Below, in pieces: positions 40,701-53,200 of a stretch of DNA of 64,000 nucleotides. Positions within the stretch are counted from its first letter, which is position 1, and each line of letters begins with the position of its first letter. Source of the DNA: the human T2T-CHM13v2.0 reference genome, Homo sapiens; the NCBI RefSeq assembly GCF_009914755.1, contig NC_060932.1; one strand, given 5' to 3'. Made by a program: the position numbers and the translations under genes. The notes under the pieces are model-generated. The model was given only the letters and a program-made list of their open reading frames with translations. It made no database searches and had not been told where the DNA came from.

Positions 40701-43098
40701 CAAAGAAAATCTAGACAGAAACATTCTCAGAAACACCTTCGTGATGTTTGCAATCAAGTCACAGAGTTGAACCTTCCGTTTCATAGAGCAGGTTGGAAAC
40801 ACTCTTTTTGTAGTATCTGGAAGTGGACATTTGGAGCGCTTTCAGGCCTATGGTGAAAAAGGAAATATCTTCCCATAAAAACGACATAGAAGCTATCTCA
40901 GGAACTTGTTTATGATGCATCCAATCAACTAACAGTTTTGAACCTTTGTACTGACAGAGCAGTGTGAAACACTCTTTTTTCTGGAATCTGCAAGTGGATA
41001 TTTGGATCGCTTTGAGGATTTCGTTGGAAACGGGATGCAATATAAAACGTACACAGCAGCATACTCAGAAAATACTTTGCCATATTTCCATTCAAGTCAC
41101 AGAGTGGAACATTCCCATTCATAGAGCAGGTTTGAAACAGTCTTTTTGGAGTATCTGGAAGTGGACATTTGGAGCGCTTTCTGAACTATGGTGAAAAAGG
41201 AAATATCTTCCAATGAAAACAAGACAGAAGCATTCTGAGAAACTTATTTGTGATGTGTGTCCTCAACTAACGGACTTGAACCTTTCGTTTCATGCAGTAC
41301 TTCTGGAACACTCTTTTTGAAGATTCTGCATGTGGATATTTGGATAACTTTGAGGATTTCGTTGGAAACGGGCTTACATATAAAAATTAGACAGCAGCAT
41401 TCTCAGAAACTTCTTTGTGGTGTCTGCATTCAAGTCACAGAATTGAACATCCCCTCACATAGAGCAGTTGTGCAGCACTCTATTTGTAGTATCTCGAAGT
41501 GGACATTTGGAGGGCTTTGTAGCCTATCTGGAAAAAGGAAATATCTTCCCATGAATGCGAGATAGAAGTAATCTCAGAAACATGTTTATGCTGTATCTAC
41601 TCAACTAACTGTGCTGAACATGTCTATTGATAGAGCAGTTTTGAGACACTCTTCTTTTGGAATCTGCAAGTGGATATTTGGATAGATTTGAGGATTTCGT
41701 TGGCAACGGGATTATATATAAAAAGTAGACAGCAGCATTCTCAGAAACTTCTTTGTGATGTTTGCATCCAGCTCTCAGAGTTGAACATTCCCTTTCGTAG
41801 AGTAGGTTTGAAACCCTCTTTTTATAGTGTCTGGAAGCGGGCATTTGGAGCGCTTTCAGGCCTATGCTGAAAAAGGAAATATCTACCTATAGAAACTAGA
41901 CAGAAGCATTCTGAGAATCACGTTTGTGATGTGGGTACTCAACTAACAGTGTTGATCCATTCTTTTGATACAGCAGTTTGGAACCACACTTTTTGTAGAA
42001 TCTGCAAGTGGATATTTGGATAGCTTTGAGGATTTCCTTGGAAACGGGAATGTCTTCATAGAAAATTTAGACAGAAGCATTCTTAGAACCTTGATTGTGA
42101 TGTGTGTTCTCCACTAACAGGGTTGAACCTTTCTTTTGACAGAACTGTTCTGAAACATTCTTTTTATAGAATCTGGAAGTGGATATTTGGAAAGCTTTGA
42201 GGATTTCGTTGGAAACGGGAATATCTTCAAATCAAATCTAGCCAGAAGCATTCTAAGAAACATCTTAGGGATGTTTACATTCAAGTCACAGAGTTGAACA
42301 TTCCCTTTCACAGAGCAGGTTTGAAACAATCTTCTCATACTATCTGGAAGTGGACATTTTGAGCTCCTTGGGGCCTATGCTGAAAAAGGAAATATCTTCC
42401 GACAAAAACTAGACAGAAGCATTCGCAGAATCATGTTTGTGATGTGTGCACTCAAATGTCAGAATTGAACCTTTGTTTGGACAGAGCACTTTTGAAACAC
42501 TCTTTTTGTAGAATCTGCAGGTGGATATTTGGCTAGCTTTGAGGATTTCGTTGGAAACGGTAATGTCTTCAAAGAAAATCTAGACAGAAGCATTCTCAGA
42601 AACACCTTCGTGACGTTTGCAATCAAGTCACAGAGATGAAACTTCCGTTTCATAGAGCAGGTTGGAAACACTCTTTTTGTAGTATCTGGAAGTGGACATT
42701 TGGAGTGCTTTCAGGCCTATGGTGAAAAAGGAAATATCTTCCCATAAAAGCGACATAGAAGCTATCTCAGGAACTTGTTTATGATGCATCCAATCAACTA
42801 ACAGTGTTGAACTTTGTACTGACAGAGCAGTGTGAAACACTCTTTTTTTTGGAATCTGCAAGTGGATATTTGGATCGCTTTGAGGATTTCGTTGGAAACG
42901 GGATGTAATATAAAACGTACACAGCAGCATACTCAGAAAATACTTTGCCATATTTCCATTCAAGTCACAGAGTGGAACATTCCCATTCATAGAGCAGGTT
43001 TGAAACACTCTTTTTGTAGTATCTGGAAGTGGACATTTGGAGCGCTTTCTGAACTATGGTGAAAAAGGAAATATCTTCCAATGAAAACAAGACAGAAG

Positions 43099-44283
43099 CA
43101 TTCTGAGAAACTTATTTGTGATGTGTGTCCTCAACTAACGGACTTGAACCTTTCGTTTCATGCAGTACTTCTGGAACACTCTTTTTGAAGATTCTGCATG
43201 AGGATATTTGGATAGCTTTGAGGATTTCGTTGGAAACGGGCTTACATATAAAAATTAGACAGCAGCATTCTCAGAAACTTCTTTGTGGTGTCTGCATTCA
43301 AGTCACAGAATTGAACATCCCCTCACATAGAGCAGTTGTGCAGCACTCTATTTGTAGTATCTCGAAGTGGACATTTGGAGGGCTTTGTAGCCTATCTGGA
43401 AAAAGGAAATATCTTCCCATGAATGCGAGATAGAAGTAATCTCAGAAACATGTTTATGCTGTATCTACTCAACTAACTATGCTGAACATTTCTATTGATA
43501 GAGCAGTTTTGAGACACTCTTCTTTTGGAATCTGCAAGTGGATATTTGGATAGATTTGAGGATTTCCTTGGAAACGGGATTATATATAAAAAGTAGACAG
43601 CCGCATTCTCAGAAACTTCTTTGTGATGTTTGCATCCAGCTCTCAGAGTTGAACATTCTCTTTCGTAGAGTAGGTTTGAAACCCTCTTTTTATAGTGTGT
43701 GGAAGCGGGCATTTGGAGCGCTTTCAGGCCTATGCTGAAAAAGGAAATATCTACCTATAGAAACTAGACAGAAGCATTCTGAGAATCACGTTTGTGATGT
43801 GGGTACTCAACTAACAGTGTTGATCCATTCTTTTGATACAGCAGTTTTGAACCACACTTTTTGTAGAATCTGCAAGTGGATATTTGGATAGCTGTGAGGA
43901 TTTCCTTGGAAACGGGAATGCCTTCATAGAAAATTTAGACAGAAGCATTCTCAGAACCTTGATTGTGATGTGTGTTCTCCACTAACAGTGTTGAACCTTT
44001 CTTTTGACAGAACTGTTCTGAAACATTCTTTTTATAGAATCTGCAAGTGGATATTTGGATCGCTTTGAGTATTTCGTTGGAAACGGGATGCAATATAAAA
44101 CGTACACAGCAGAATCCTCAGAAAATACTTTGCCATATTTCCATTCAAGTCACAGAGTGGAACATTCCCATTCATAGAGCAGGTTGGAAACACTCTTTTT
44201 GGAGTATCTGGAAGTGGACATTTGGAGCGCTTTCTGAACTATGGTGAAAAAGGAAATATCTTCCAATGAAAACAAGACAGAAG
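43099..44283 (+). repeat. 7-mer HOR structural variant (a-b-c-d-e-f/j hybrid-k), 1185 bp
   Basis: Spacing to the next a monomer is 1185 = 1869 - 684 (4 x 171). Monomers g, h and i are absent. The monomer starting at 43946 begins as f (cattctcagaaccttgattgtg) and ends as j (ggatcgctttg...gggatgcaatataaaacgtac). Confidence 0.96.
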
Positions 44284-47200
44284 CATTCTGAGAAAATTGT
44301 TTGTGATGTTTTTCCTCAACTAACGGACTTGAACCTTTCGTTTCATACAGTACTTCTGGAACACTCTTTTTGAAGATTCTGCATGCGGATATTTGGATAG
44401 CTTTGAGGATTTCGTTGGAAACGGGCTTACATATAAAAATTAGACAGCAGCATTCTCAGAAACTTCTCTGTGGTGTCTGCATCCAAGTCACAGAATTGAA
44501 CATCCCCTCACATAGAGCAGTTGTGCAGCACTCTATTTGTAGTATCTCGAATTGGACATTTGGAGGGCTTTGTAGCCTATCTGGAAAAAGGAAATATCTT
44601 CCCATGAATGCGAGATAGAAGTAATCTCAGAAACATGTTTATGCTGTATCTACTCAACTAACTGTGCTCAACATTTCTATTGATAGAGCAGTTTTGAGAC
44701 ACTCTTCTTTTGGAATCTGCAAGTGGATATTTGGATAGATTTGAGGATTTCGTTGGCAACGGGATTATATATAAATAGTAGACAGCCGCATTCTCAGAAA
44801 CTTCTTTGTGATGTTTGCATCCAGCTCTCAGAGTTGAACATTCCCTTTCGTAGAGTAGGTTTGAAACCCTCTTTTTATAGTGTCTGGAAGCGGGCATTTG
44901 GAGCGCTTTCAGGCCTATGCTGAAAAAGGAAATATCTACCTATAGAAACTAGACAGAAGCATTCTGAGAATCACGTTTGTGATGTGGGTACTCAACTAAC
45001 AGTGTTGATCCATTCTTTTGATACAGCAGTTTTGAACCACACTTTTTGTAGAATCTGCAAGTGGATATTTGGATAGCTGTGAGGATTTCCTTGGAAACGG
45101 GAATGTCTTCATAGAAAATTTAGACAGAAGCATTCTCAGAACCTTGATTGTGATGTGTGTTCTCCACTAACAGGGTTGAACCTTTCTTTTGACAGAACTG
45201 TTCTGAAACATTCTTTGTATAGAATCTGGAAGTGCATATTTGGAAAGCTTTGAGGACTTCGTTTGAAACGGGAATATCTTCAAATCAAATCTAGCCAGAA
45301 GCATTCTAAGAAACATCTTAGGGATGTTTACATTCAAGTCACAGAGTTGAACATTCCCTTTCACAGAGCAGGTTTGAAACAATCTTCTCGTACTATCTGG
45401 AAGTGGACATTTTGAGCTCCTTGGGGCCTATGCTGAAAAAGGAAATATCTTCCGACAAAAACTAGACAGAAGCATACGCAGAATCACGTTTGTGATGTGT
45501 GCACTCAACTGTCAGAATTGAACCTTTGTTTGGACAGAGCACTTTTGAAACACTCTTTTTGTAGAATCTGCAGGTGGATATTTGGCTAGCTTTGAGGATT
45601 TCGTTGGAAACGGTAATGTCTTCAAAGAAAATCTAGACAGAAACATTCTCAGAAACACCTTCGTGATGTTTGCAATCAAGTCACAGAGTTGAACCTTCCG
45701 TTTCATAGAGCAGGTTGGAAACACTCTTTTTGCAGTATCTGGAATTGGACATTTGGAGCGCTTTCAGGCCTATGGTGAAAAAGGAAATATCTTCCCATAA
45801 AAACGACATAGAAGCTATCTCAGGAACTTGTTTATGATGCATCCAATCAACTAACAGTGTTGAACCTTTGTACTGACAGAGCAGTGTGAAACACTCTTTT
45901 TTTTGGAATCTGCAAGTGGATATTTGGATCGCTTTGAGGATTTCGTTGGAAACGGGATGTAATATAAAACGTACACAGCAGCATACTCAGAAAATACTTT
46001 GCCATATTTCCATTCAAGTCACAGAGTGGAACATTCCCATTCATAGAGCAGGTTGGAAACACTCTTTTTGGAGTATCTGGAAGTGGACATTTGGAGCGCT
46101 TTCTGAACTATGGTGAAAAAGGAAATATCTTCCAATGAAAACAAGACAGAAGCATTCTGAGAAACTTATTTGTGATGTGTGTCCTCAACTAACGGACTTG
46201 AACCTTTCGTTTCATGCAGTACTTCTGGAACAGTCTTTTTGAAGATTCTGCATGAGGATATTTGGATAGCTTTGAGGATTTCGTTGGAAACGGGCTTACA
46301 TATAAAAAGTAGACAGCAGCATTCTCTGAAACTTCTTTGTGGTGTCTGCATTCAAGTCACAGAATTGAACATCCCCTCACATAGAGCAGTTGTGCAGCAC
46401 TCTATTTGTAGTATCTCGAAGTGGACATTTGGAGGGCTTTGTAGCCTATCTGGAAAAAGGAAATATCTTCCCATGAATGCGAGATAGAAGTAATCTCAGA
46501 AACATGTTTATGCTGTATCTACTCAACTAACTATGCTGAACATTTCTATTGATAGAGCAGTTTTGAGACACTCTTCTTTTGGAATCTGCAAGTGGATATT
46601 TGGATAGATTTGAGGATTTCCTTGGAAACGGGATTATATATAAAAAGTAGACAGCCGCATTCTCAGAAACTTCTTTGTGATGTTTGCATCCAGCTCTCAG
46701 AGTTGAACATTCCCTTTCGTAGAGTAGGTTTGAAACCCTCTTTTTATAGTGTCTGGAAGCGGGCATTTGGAGCGCTTTCAGGCCTATGCTGAAAAAGGAA
46801 ATATCTACCTATAGAAACTAGACAGAAGCATTCTGAGAATCACGTTTGTGATGTGGGTACTCAACTAACAGTGTTGATCCATTCTTTTGATACAGCAGTT
46901 TTGAACCACACTTTTTGTAGAATCTGCAAGTGGATATTTGGATAGCTGTGAGGATTTCCTTGGAAACGGGAATGCCTTCATAGAAAATTTAGACAGAAGC
47001 ATTCTCAGAACCTTGATTGTGATGTGTGTTCTCCACTAACAGAGTTGAACCTTTCTTTTGACAGAACTGTTCTGAAACATTCTTTTTATAGAATCTGGAA
47101 GTGGATATTTGGAAAGCTTTGAGGATTTCGTTGGAAACGGGAATATCTTCAAATCAAATCTAGCCAGAAGCATTCTAAGAAACATCTTAGGGATGTTTAC

Positions 47201-50200
47201 ATTCAAGTCACAGAGTTGAACATTCCCTTTCACAGAGCAGGTTTGAAACAATCTTCTCGTACTATCTGGAAGTGGACATTTTGAGCTCCTTGGGGCCTAT
47301 GCTGAAAAAGGAAATATCTTCCGACAAAAACTAGACAGAAGCATTCGCAGAATCAAGTTTGTGATGTGTGCACTCAACTGTCAGAATTGAACCTTTGTTT
47401 GGACAGAGCACTTTTGAAACACTCTTTTTGAAGAATCTGCAGGTGGATATTTGGCTAGCTTTGAGGATTTCGTTGGAAACGGTAATGTCTTCAAAGAAAA
47501 TCTAGACAGAAACATTCTCAGAAACACCTTCGTGATGTTTGCAATCAAATCACAGAGTTAAACCTTCCGTTTCATAGAGCAGGTTGGAAACACTCTTTTT
47601 GTAGTATCTGGAAGGGGACATTTGGAGCGCTTTCAGGCCTATGGTGAAAAAGGAAATATCTTCCCATAAAAACGACATAGAAGCTATCTCAGGAACTTGT
47701 TTATGATGCATCCAATCAACTAACAGTGTTGAACCTTTGTACTGACAGAGCAGTGTGAAACACTCCTTTTTTTGGAATCTGCAAGTGGATATTTGGATCG
47801 CTTTGAGGATTTCGTTGGAAACGGGATGCAATATAAAAGTACACAGCAGCATACTCAGAAAATACTTTGCCATATTTCCATTCAAGTCACAGAGTGGAAC
47901 ATTCCCATTCATAGAGCAGGTTTGACACACTCTTTTTGTAGTATCTGGAAGTGGACATTTGGAGCGCTTTCTGAACTATAGTGAAAAAGGAAATATCTTC
48001 CAACGAAAACAAGACAGAAGCATTCTGAGAAACTTATTTGTGATGTGAGTCCTCAACTAACGGACTTGAACCTTTCGTTTCATGCAGTACTTCTGGAACA
48101 CTCTTTTTGAAGATTCTGCATGCGGATATTTGGATAGCTTTGAGGATTTCGTTGGAAACGGGCTTACATATAAAAATTAGACAGCAGCATTCTCAGAAAC
48201 TTCTCTGTGGTGTCTGCATCCAAGTCACAGAATTGAACATCCCCTCACATAGAGCGGTTGTGCAGCACTCTATTTGTAGTATCTTGAAGTGGACATTTGG
48301 AGGGCTTTGTAGCCTATCTGGAAAAAGGAAATATCTTCCCATGAATGCGAGATAGAAGTAATCTCAGAAACATGTTTATGCTGTATCTACTCAACTAACT
48401 GTGCTGAACATTTCTATTGATAGAGCAGGTTTGAGACACTCTTCTTTCGGAATCTGCAAGTGGATATTTGGAAAGATTTGAGGATTTCGTTGGCAACGGG
48501 ATTATATATAAAAAGTAGACAGCCGCATTCTCAGAAACTTCTTTGTGATGTTTGCATCCAGCTCTCAGAGTTCAACATTCCCTTTCGTAGAGTAGGTTTG
48601 AAACCCTCTTTTTATAGTGTCTGGAAGCGGGCATTTGGAGCGCTTTCAGGCCTATGCTGAAAAAGGAAATATCTACCTATAGAAACTAGACAGAAGCATT
48701 CTGAGAATCACGTTTGTGATGTGGGTACTCAACTAACAGTGTTGATCCATTCTTTTGATACAGCAGTTTTGAACCACACTTTTTGTAGAATCTGCAAGTG
48801 GATATTTGGATAGCTGTGAGGATTTCCTTGGAAACGGGAATGTCTTCATAGAAAATTTAGACAGAAGCATTCTCAGAACCTTGATTGTGATGTGTGTTCT
48901 CCACTAACAGGGTTGAACCTTTCTTTTGACAGAACTGTTCTGAAACATTCTTTGTATAGAATCTGGAAGTGCATATTTGGAAAGCTTTGAGGACTTCGTT
49001 TGAAACGGGAATATCTTCAAATCAAATCTAGCCAGAAGCATTCTAAGAAACATCTTAGGGATGTTTACATTCAAGTCACAGAGTTGAACATTCCCTTTCA
49101 CAGAGCAGGTTTGAAACAATCTTCTCGTACTATCTGGAAGTGGACATTTTGAGCTCCTTGGGGCCTATGCTGAAAAAGGAAATATCTTCCGACAAAAACT
49201 AGACAGAAGCATACGCAGAATCACGTTTGTGATGTGTGCACTCAACTGTCAGAATTGAACCTTTGTTTGGACAGAGCACTTTTGAAACACTCTTTTTGTA
49301 GAATCTGCAGGTGGATATTTGGCTAGCTTTGAGGATTTCGTTGGAAACGGTAATGTCTTCAAAGAAAATCTAGACAGAAACATTCTCAGAAACACCTTCG
49401 TGATGTTTGCAATCAAGTCACAGAGTTGAACCTTCCGTTTCATAGAGCAGGTTGGAAACACTCTTTTTGCAGTATCTGGAATTGGACATTTGGAGCGCTT
49501 TCAGGCCTATGGTGAAAAAGGAAATATCTTCCCATAAAAACGACATAGAAGCTATCTCAGGAACTTGTTTATGATGCATCCAATCAACTAACAGTGTTGA
49601 ACCTTTGTACTGACAGAGCAGTGTGAAACACTCTTTTTTTTGGAATCTGCAAGTGGATATTTGGATCGCTTTGAGGATTTCGTTGGAAACGGGATGTAAT
49701 ATAAAACGTACACAGCAGCATACTCAGAAAATACTTTGCCATATTTCCATTCAAGTCACAGAGTGGAACATTCCCATTCATAGAGCAGGTTGGAAACACT
49801 CTTTTTGGAGTATCTGGAAGTGGACATTTGGAGCGCTTTCTGAACTATGGTGAAAAAGGAAATATCTTCCAATGAAAACAAGACAGAAGCATTCTGAGAA
49901 ACTTATTTGTGATGTGTGTCCTCAACTAACGGACTTGAACCTTTCGTTTCATGCAGTACTTCTGGAACAGTCTTTTTGAAGATTCTGCATGAGGATATTT
50001 GGATAGCTTTGAGGATTTCGTTGGAAACGGGCTTACATATAAAAAGTAGACAGCAGCATTCTCTGAAACTTCTTTGTGGTGTCTGCATTCAAGTCACAGA
50101 ATTGAACATCCCCTCACATAGAGCAGTTGTGCAGCACTCTATTTGTAGTATCTCGAAGTGGACATTTGGAGGGCTTTGTAGCCTATCTGGAAAAAGGAAA

Positions 50201-53200
50201 TATCTTCCCATGAATGCGAGATAGAAGTAATCTCAGAAACATGTTTATGCTGTATCTACTCAACTAACTATGCTGAACATTTCTATTGATAGAGCAGTTT
50301 TGAGACACTCTTCTTTTGGAATCTGCAAGTGGATATTTGGATAGATTTGAGGATTTCCTTGGAAACGGGATTATATATAAAAAGTAGACAGCCGCATTCT
50401 CAGAAACTTCTTTGTGATGTTTGCATCCAGCTCTCAGAGTTGAACATTCCCTTTCGTAGAGTAGGTTTGAAACCCTCTTTTTATAGTGTCTGGAAGCGGG
50501 CATTTGGAGCGCTTTCAGGCCTATGCTGAAAAAGGAAATATCTACCTATAGAAACTAGACAGAAGCATTCTGAGAATCACGTTTGTGATGTGGGTACTCA
50601 ACTAACAGTGTTGATCCATTCTTTTGATACAGCAGTTTTGAACCACACTTTTTGTAGAATCTGCAAGTGGATATTTGGATAGCTGTGAGGATTTCCTTGG
50701 AAACGGGAATGCCTTCATAGAAAATTTAGACAGAAGCATTCTCAGAACCTTGATTGTGATGTGTGTTCTCCACTAACAGAGTTGAACCTTTCTTTTGACA
50801 GAACTGTTCTGAAACATTCTTTTTATAGAATCTGGAAGTGGATATTTGGAAAGCTTTGAGGATTTCGTTGGAAACGGGAATATCTTCAAATCAAATCTAG
50901 CCAGAAGCATTCTAAGAAACATCTTAGGGATGTTTACATTCAAGTCACAGAGTTGAACATTCCCTTTCACAGAGCAGGTTTGAAACAATCTTCTCGTACT
51001 ATCTGGAAGTGGACATTTTGAGCTCCTTGGGGCCTATGCTGAAAAAGGAAATATCTTCCGACAAAAACTAGACAGAAGCATTCGCAGAATCAAGTTTGTG
51101 ATGTGTGCACTCAACTGTCAGAATTGAACCTTTGTTTGGACAGAGCACTTTTGAAACACTCTTTTTGAAGAATCTGCAGGTGGATATTTGGCTAGCTTTG
51201 AGGATTTCGTTGGAAACGGTAATGTCTTCAAAGAAAATCTAGACAGAAACATTCTCAGAAACACCTTCGTGATGTTTGCAATCAAGTCACAGAGTTGAAC
51301 CTTCCGTTTCATAGAGCAGGTTGGAAACACTCTTTTTGTAGTATCTGGAAGTGGACATTTGGAGCGCTTTCAGGCCTATGGTGAAGAAGGAAATATCTTC
51401 CCATAAAAACGACATAGAAGCTATCTCAGGAACTTGTTTATGATGCATCCAATCAACTAACAGTGTTGAACCTTTGTACTGAGAGAGCAGTGTGAAACAC
51501 TCTTTTTTTTGGAATCTGCAAGTGGATATTTGGATCGCTTTGAGGATTTCGTTGGAAACGGGATGCAATATAAAACGTACACAGCAGCATACTCAGAAAA
51601 TACTTTGCCATATTTCCATTCAAGTCACAGAGTGGAACATTCCCATTCATAGAGCAGGTTGGAAACACTCTTTTTGTAGTATCTGGAAGTGGACATTTGG
51701 AGCGCTTTCTGAACTATGGTGAAAAAGGAAATATCTTCCAATGAAAACAAGACAGAAGCATTCTGAGAAACTTATTTGTGATGTGTGTCCTCAACTAACG
51801 GACTTGAACCTTTCGTTTCACGCAGTACTTCTGGAACACTCTTTTTGAAGATTCTGCATGAGGATATTTGGATAGCTTTGAGGATTTCTTTGGAAACGGG
51901 CTTACATATGAAAATTAGACAGCAGCATTCTCAGAAACTTCTTTGTGGTGTCTGCATTCAAGTCACAGAATTGAACATCCCCTCACATAGAGCAGTTGTG
52001 CAGCACTCTATTTGTAGTATCTCGAAGTGGACATTTGGAGGGCTTTGTAGCCTATCTGGAAAAAGGAAATATCTTCCCATGAATGCGAGATAGAAGTAAT
52101 CTCAGAAACATGTTTATGCTGTATCTACTCAACTAACTGTGCTGAACATTTCTATTGATAGAGCAGTTTTGAGACACTCTTCTTTTGGAATCTGCAAGTG
52201 GATATTTGGATAGATTTGAGGATTTCGTTGGCAACGGGATTATATATAAAAAGTAGACAGCCGCATTCTCAGAAACTTCTTTGTGATGTTTGCATCCAGC
52301 TCTCAGAGTTGAACATTCCCTTTCGTAGAGTTGGTTTGAAACCCTCTTTTTATAGTGTCTGGAAGTGGGCATTTGGAGCGCTTTCAGGCCTATGCTGAAA
52401 AAGGAAATATCTACCTATAGAAACTAGACAGAAGCATTCTGAGAATCACGTTTGTGATGTGGGTACTCAACTAACAGTGTTGATCCATTCTTTTGATACA
52501 GCAGTTTTGAACCACACTTTTTGTAGAATCTGCAAGTGGATATTTGGATAGCTGTGAGGATTTCCTTGGAAACGGGAATGTCTTCATAGAAAATTTAGAC
52601 AGAAGCATTCTCAGAACCTTGATTGTGATGTGTGTTCTCCACTAACAGGGTTGAACCTTTCTTTTGACAGAACTGTTCTGAAACATTCTTTGTATAGAAT
52701 CTGGAAGTGGATATTTGGAAAGCTTTGAGGATTTCGTTGGAAACGGGAATATCTTGAAATCAAATCTAGCCAGAAGCATTCTAAGAAACATCTTAGGGAT
52801 GTTTACATTCAAGTCACAGAGTTGAACATTCCCTTTCACAGAGCAGGTTTGAAACAATCTTCTCGTACTATCTGGAAGTGGACATTTTGAGCTCCTTGGG
52901 GCCTATGCTGAAAAAGGAAATATCTTCCGACAAAAACTAGACAGAAGCATTCGCAGAATCACGTTTGTGATGTGTGCACTGAACTGTCAGAATTGAACCT
53001 TTGTTTGGATAGAGCACTTTTGAAACACTCTTTTTGTAGAATCTGCAGGTGGATATTTGACTAGCTTTGAGGATTTCGTTGGAAACGGTAATGTCTTCAA
53101 AGAAAATCTAGACAGAAACATTCTCAGAAACACCTTCGTGATGTTTGCAATAAAGTCACAGAGTTGAACCTTCCGTTTCGTAGAGCAGGTTGGAAACACT

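Larger units (their letters stand above)
120..43098 (+). repeat. 23 consecutive 11-mer HORs (HOR1-23)
   Basis: Unit starts at 120, 1989, 3858, 5727, 7596, 9464, 11332, 13201, 15071, 16940, 18808, 20677, 22546, 24414, 26283, 28151, 30019, 31888, 33756, 35624, 37493, 39362 and 41231; spacing 1868-1870 bp. Confidence 0.96.
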
